Position numbers and translations under genes: made by a program. A DNA stretch of 64,000 bases. It comes from Yuukianura sp. NJ FZ-2021 (taxonomy: Eukaryota). The stretch's first letter is position 1. Every line of letters begins with the position of its first letter. Shown piece after piece: positions 58,766-64,000 of this stretch. The DNA lies in NCBI GenBank assembly GCA_046563655.1, contig JAJCTO010000010.1, positions 744,001 to 808,000 of the forward strand, written 5' to 3'. The notes beneath the pieces are model-generated. The model was not told the origin of the DNA. It searched no databases and saw only the letters and a list, made by a program, of their open reading frames with translations.

Positions 58766-59154
58766 GAAGAATCGGTACTTGCTGCAGAATATCTGTGCTA
58801 GGAATTTGCACGAAGGAATAAATGCTGAGAACAATCATCCGAGTGAGGAGTCAAGTAAACGTAATGGTGCTGAGAGTTTCAAACTGACATCAGGACCCAA
58901 CAAGTCTCTCAAACGATCTCCGAAAGTAGTACTGAAGGACACAACAAACAAGGCACGTCATGGAAAGATTCATACAGTCACAAAATGATATGTTAGTTAA
59001 AATGCGTATTCCTTAGTTTATCTTTCTTGTATGCTTGAAATAAAATTTCAGTGTTATTCCAATTCTCATCGTCGCCGCTATTTTGAAGGTCGTATTATTT
59101 GTCAACTCCCTCCAGAAGACCTATGCTCACCCTTGAGCATTGCCCTACCTTGTT

Positions 59155-61515
59155 TACTGTTGGGTTCGGAATTTTGGAGGAGGGACTTAAACCTTTTTCA
59201 GAAGGATTCTCTTCTTTTGGAAGAAATTCTTCAATTGAAAGTGAACCAAAAGGAATTAAGTTGTCCTCATCTAAGTACTGCATTTCATCGTCATTTGTCG
59301 AACCAGATTTTACATTTTGTTCAATCGCAGCTTCACTTTTTTGAGCAGCTTTTTCCATAATTTCAATGAATTGAACGTGTTTCGCCTGTTCGATGTACCT
59401 TCCTTCTGCTGGTACATAAAGGATGAAATTTTTGTTTGAGGCGTTAAACCCAACCAAAATACACTCCACCGACTTAGCTTCCCACTTCTTCCCTCCAGTC
59501 ATGACATGCGCAAAGGCTTTTGACCCAAAGACACGAACATGATGAAGTGATGGCTTTTTCTTGAAAATTAATTCAAACGGGGTTTTCTCCCTATTTTTAG
59601 AGGATAATGTTCGATTCAAAACGTAGCAGGCTATAATTATCGCATCGTCCCAGTGTTCCTCGCCCAATCCCGATTAAATTAGCATTGCTCTTGCCGCTTC
59701 TCTCTCAATTCTCACTTCCCTTTCAACAAACCCATTACTTTGGCTTGTGTATGGAGCGTTAAGCCCAAACTGAATCCCTTTTTCTGAGAGAAAGTCCTTG
59801 AAAACTCCCGTGCAGAATTCTGAGCCATTATCGGATCGAAAAATTTTCACCGAATTTCCGGTTTGGTTGGAAATGAAGTTGATTGCGTCTTTCATGTTGT
59901 TTACGGTTTGATCCTTCGTTTTCTGAAGGTAAACCTGGCGGAAACTGCTTCCTTCGTCTTTCACCACGAGAAAGTACTTATTTCCTCTGTGTGAAAATGC
60001 AGTGGCGTGGGCAAGGTCAGCGTGTAGGCATTCACTCAACAGCGTAATCTCGTTGTTTTTCAGTGGTTTTGTAGCTTTGTTGGGTTGACTTCGCCAGAAG
60101 ACAAGATTCGCACACCACTTTTTCTAATTTCATATTTTCCAGACCGTAAACTGCCTGTTTTTCTGCGGTTTTCTTCAAAAATTCGCAATTCACATGGGCG
60201 AGTCTCTTATGCCATTCATTATGCGAGTCTCTTGTTTTACACAGGCTAAGGCTTGGTTTGGAACAGGTCTAAACAACATCACTTGAACTCCATCCTTCTG
60301 TTCAGCCTGGATGTCCTCCTGTCGAAAATACGTAATTTTACCGTGAGATTTACTCACTTTAAATCCCTTCTGGAGAAGAACGTTTTCCGACAGAAGGTTT
60401 GCCCCACCCGGAATATGCACGACATTGTGTATTTCAATTTCCCGCCACTGATTTTTGATCAGGGCTTTCACTCTCACTTTCCCCACGCCAATAGCATCCA
60501 TCGTTGAATTATCGGCTATAGTGACCGGTCTTGGGTTTGAATACTTTTCGTATTCAAAAAACCATTCACGGCGACCACAATAATGTCGATCCGCTCCTGA
60601 GTCGTTGATCCAGTCGTTTTTCAAAAAACCCCCTCCGGCCATGTAAGCTCCTTTTGGACTTTCACCATTTTTCTTGGCAGGATCAGTCGGACGCTGGGTT
60701 TTTGCTTTTTCTGGGCACTCACTTTTCCAGTGCCCAAGTGACTTACAAACGTGGCATTTAGTACGCTTTTTCAGCTCATCCATTTCTTCTTTGGATTTCT
60801 TCTGCTTTCTCTGCTTATTGAAAGTGAAAGCTTTTGAACTTTCTCCCAAGTCCTTTTTGGAATTTTTGGTCTCCACCTCCTCCAATTCTAGCGTTTTTAG
60901 ACGAGAAAGGAGGAGAGCAGTGGTCTGCTTCGTAGTGTCCACTGATCGCCATGCCTCGCGGAAATGACGATACTTGTCTTCGACAAGACTCGAGAGGATT
61001 CGGGCCACTTCAGAATCTTCTTCTACCGTCGCTCCAATTGACCGCAATTGGGATGCGTAATTTTGTATCTCTATCATCGCTTTCAGAGCATTTTTCCCGG
61101 GGCCCTTAGAAACACCGTAATATTTCTGCCAAAGGGCTGGCTTAGATTCCCCACTTACGCTCTCGTAGATTGATGATAATTTAGTCCATATTTAAACTGC
61201 CGTCTTACAGCCCGAAACAGAGTCTACCTCTGTATCGGCCATGCTCAGAAGCATCGTAGTGACTGTTTCGTTGTTTCCAAGGTCCCATTTTTCTTGGTCA
61301 GCTCCGGAAGTCGTTGGTCTCACTTTGGAACCATCCACAATGTCCATCACTTTATGAGTTTCAAAGAGACTAGTCAGCCTCATCCGCCAAACCCGATAAT
61401 TATCACCATTCAACTTGGTGATTGACGCTGTGTCAAACTTTCGTGTTTGGTAAATTGTCATATTTGTCGATGAACCAGAGTTAGATGCCATTTCACAATT
61501 TTGACTTTCACTCAT
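59155..61515 (-). pseudogene. Copia gag-protease-integrase (disrupted by stops and frameshifts)
   Basis: KLNGDNYRVW; CHVCKSLGHWKSEC; WINDSGADRH; HADL, RSDNGSEF, NGFVER; YVLNR, TPFE, VFGS motifs across ORFs 61192-61515, 60190-61077, 59674-60039 and 59095-59667. Confidence 0.92.
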
Positions 61516-61690
61516 TAAGAGTGTTACTCAAAAACTTTAGATTTCAATCTGTTTTCTTGAAAATTGAAAGATGATTACATGACAAATACCTTTAAGAGGC
61601 ATTTGTCTTCTTCAAGGCTAACTAAGTTACTTGAACTAAATACCAATAGATTTTGTTTGTAATAGTAAAAATGAATGAACATTTTCTACA

Positions 61691-61872
61691 ACGATTTCAT
61701 GCACACTACATTGGGTATGATCTACGAACGTAATGGAGACATCGCTGACGCCTTCGCTCAACACTGTGTGGAATTCATCACCAACGAGAATTCTATGGAT
61801 ATGAAATGGGTTTTCCCAGATTTCATTATTTCTCAAATCAAAAAAGCTGCAGGCAAGCAGAAGGTAAGATAG
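61691..61872 (+). pseudogene. 3' half of the gene interrupted at 22673
   Basis: FMHTTLGM...DIADAFAQHCV...MDMKWVFPDFI aligns with AMHTILCM...NVADDFAAHCV...FDIKRIFADFV of the 63249 ORF. Confidence 0.8.
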
Positions 61873-62584
61873 GTTCACCATTATTACTGTTCCTATCTAT
61901 TTCTTACATTGTTTTTGTTTTTGTTTTTTAGTGAGTCTTAGGAGTGCATCCACTGTTGTCGACATCCAAAATCCATTGATGAAAACTTATTTCTGATTAG
62001 GTTAATTCATAAGCCCAAGCGTTGAATGATACACACAAGAAAATTCGGAAGATGAATAAAAATTTAGCAGAAGCATAAATTCTTTATTTTCAACGTTTGA
62101 ATGTTTGAGTATTTTAATCTATGTAGTAGGTTAATCTATTTGCCACTTTCGTTAAAACATGGAATAGGATTCCAAATCCTTCATCAACCGTAAAGTTTTC
62201 AATCATACACATGTTTTCGTAAAATATATAAATAAATCAGCAGAAAACAGATCCTTTTTGTTTTGTTCAAACACGAAATTGAAATTTGTTTTTCTATAAT
62301 CGGGAATTTAAACTCTTAAATATGAAATAAGCTTTTTTCACCCTCCTTCTCATTAGGATCTGTTTTGTTTGAACCCCCTTGTACCCTACTAGGAGGAACT
62401 CTCGTTCAGCAGTGTGAAAGAAAGAGACAAAAAATAAAAATACACACACACACACAGCTCCAATTTAGAGCTAACGAACTCTGATTCATTTCTTCGTGTT
62501 TATTCAAAACAATTCTATGGGTCCTTATTGTTTCATGTTAAAAACATGTTGATTCAGAACCATGTTGAATTTGACATTATCTTT

Positions 62585-63187
62585 TCACTCACGATCTGAA
62601 TAATATGTATAGTAGTACTCAAAGAGTTGTGGATTTGATAGTGAAGATTTACAGTCCAAGAGGGTTAGCTCATTGTTGATATAATTATGGTATGAATTAT
62701 CAAGTAGCTCAGCCAAGCAGGTAGTAGTTACAGCATGATCAAAGGACTTTCCAAAAATCGCAGTTGCTAAGTCATCGAACTTGCTGCCAAAGAATTGAAT
62801 AAGATAGAGACGAATGTATTTCTGCCATTCTCTTTGAGTGTTCTGAAATAAAATGTTAGATTGCTGTGAAAGAAGTACTCGTGCAGCCGAGAGTCGAACA
62901 CAATTAAAGAAGAAAACACGAGCGAATTCCCAGTTTTTGATCTTTGCAGAATCAGTAAGTGGATAGGTGAGCTTTATTTTCTGAAATACTTTTCTAATTA
63001 TCTTAACAACACATTTGTCTGACGGAGAACCGTATGGTGCCATTTTTTTCCTAAGTCTGATTTTGGTATAGTGAATGTCTGACTTTTTGTTGGGAACTGA
63101 CTCGCTACTAGTGCAATGTCTCCATTTATAGCTGTACAAACATGCTGAAAGGGAGCAGGGAGTGACTGCTAACTTCTCAAGCGACAC
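62585..63187 (-). CDS. Hypothetical protein or exon
   Basis: 200-codon ORF directly after a polypyrimidine-AG acceptor at ~63189; no recognisable domain. Confidence 0.4.
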   Translation of the reverse strand: MSLEKLAVTPCSLSACLYSYKWRHCTSSESVPNKKSDIHYTKIRLRKKMAPYGSPSDKCVVKIIRKVFQKIKLTYPLTDSAKIKNWEFARVFFFNCVRLSAARVLLSQQSNILFQNTQREWQKYIRLYLIQFFGSKFDDLATAIFGKSFDHAVTTTCLAELLDNSYHNYINNELTLLDCKSSLSNPQLFEYYYTYYSDRE

Positions 63188-63248
63188 CTACAGAAAAAAA
63201 AATAGCTCGCAGAATTAACAAAGAAACTTATTTTTGTACCTTACAACG

Positions 63249-63761
63249 TCAATGGTGATTAAGATGTTCTAGAATTATCTCCTTCCATTTTTTGGTTGAT
63301 TTTATCATTTTAAATACGAAGTCCGCAAATATACGTTTTATGTCAAAGATGTTAGCGGCAAAGTTGGCAACGCAGTGTGCTGCAAAGTCGTCAGCGACAT
63401 TTCTTGCATCCTCAGAAGCCATGCATAATATAGTATGCATGGCTTTGGTTGCCTGTATTGAGCTGTCAAATTGCATGACGATGGCTAGCACATGTTCCTG
63501 AAAAATAATTTCTGCGCCAACTTTCGTGCAACATATTTTGAAGTAATCCGTGAATTCTGAAAATGCCCTTTTCAGATGCTTCCTTTGGGGCTCGCTCAGT
63601 GTCGTGCACCACTTTTCGTAAAGTTCATCGTCAAATATAATTAACTTTGTCGGTTCTCCTACTGCACTTTCGATAAGTTTTAAAATTTCGTTAGAGTCGG
63701 TAAGACTGGTTTCACCAATCTTAGCCGCACCGTCCGGTGTGCTGATGGAGTAGGAGTTCAT
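63249..63761 (-). CDS. Hypothetical 170-aa protein, intact paralogue of the Copia-split gene
   Basis: AAAATG start; conserved homology with 22378-22673 plus 61691-61872 supports coding status. Confidence 0.7.
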   Translation of the reverse strand: MNSYSISTPDGAAKIGETSLTDSNEILKLIESAVGEPTKLIIFDDELYEKWCTTLSEPQRKHLKRAFSEFTDYFKICCTKVGAEIIFQEHVLAIVMQFDSSIQATKAMHTILCMASEDARNVADDFAAHCVANFAANIFDIKRIFADFVFKMIKSTKKWKEIILEHLNHH

Positions 63762-64000
63762 TTTGTTAGACTGATGAATGTAAGGAAATCCAAAGTTCCT
63801 TATAAGTCAATTTTAAATTGAGTTAGCTGCATGATCTTCAGTAGAGAATATCTCTAAGTCACCAACTCCACAAGTTTTTTAAATGGTTAAATTAAAAGCC
63901 CCTTGAAAATGTCTTTTTGTCTCTTTTGCGTTTGCCTTCATGTCTCACTTTTTAATTGAGTTAAGTAGAATGTATTCAGTAAAGTACACCAAAATCCCAC

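Larger units (their letters stand above)
26292..59154 (+). mobile_element. Helentron (Helitron2-type rolling-circle transposon) carrying nested insertions
   Basis: 11-bp subterminal inverted repeats GTCTTCTGGAG (26294-26304) and CTCCAGAAGAC (59110-59120); 5' hairpin GCATGTC-TAC-GACATGC; GTCTGTCCGTCCG microsatellite near 26349; 3' hairpin ATGCTCA-CCCT-TGAGCAT then CTTGTTT; inserted in a T run without TSD; contains Rep-Hel-EN gene. Confidence 0.85.
22674..61690 (-). mobile_element. Ty1/Copia LTR retrotransposon with env-like domain, interrupted by a Helentron at ~26292-59154
   Basis: 3' LTR 22674-22878 (TG...CA) with PPT GAAGGGGA; partial 5' LTR 61562-61690; 5-bp TSD ACGAT (22669-22673, 61691-61695); Copia domain order gag-PR-IN-RT-RH. 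Confidence 0.92.

Overview
Eukaryotic (invertebrate-like, AT-rich, spliceosomal introns) transposon graveyard, almost entirely nested mobile elements whose boundaries can be read from LTRs and target-site duplications (TSDs). Left part: the 5' end of a BEL/Pao element, a decayed BEL/Pao element split by an intact Gypsy element (TSD ATGG), Polinton/Maverick-like remnants, and a near-intact BEL/Pao element (TSD TAACT). From 22.7 to 61.7 kb there is a five-level nest. A small host-like gene (intact paralogue at 63249-63761) is split by a Ty1/Copia element (TSD ACGAT) whose Pol continues in frame into a class-I-fusogen-like envelope protein. The Copia is split by a ~33 kb Helentron (Rep-Pif1 helicase-AP endonuclease, RPA70-like gene, Ulp1-like protease). 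The Helentron carries (i) two tandem CRE-like non-LTR retrotransposons that encode an RFX-type winged-helix domain and sit between 133-bp direct repeats ending in an RFX X-box, and (ii) an internally deleted BEL element whose 3' LTR is interrupted by a Gypsy element with an extra overlapping ORF. Most interesting: the Copia Pol-Env fusion, the RFX-domain retrotransposon beside an X-box, and a covarying RNA structure shared by the 3' UTRs of two divergent BEL elements. All family assignments come from motif recognition by eye; no database searches were run.
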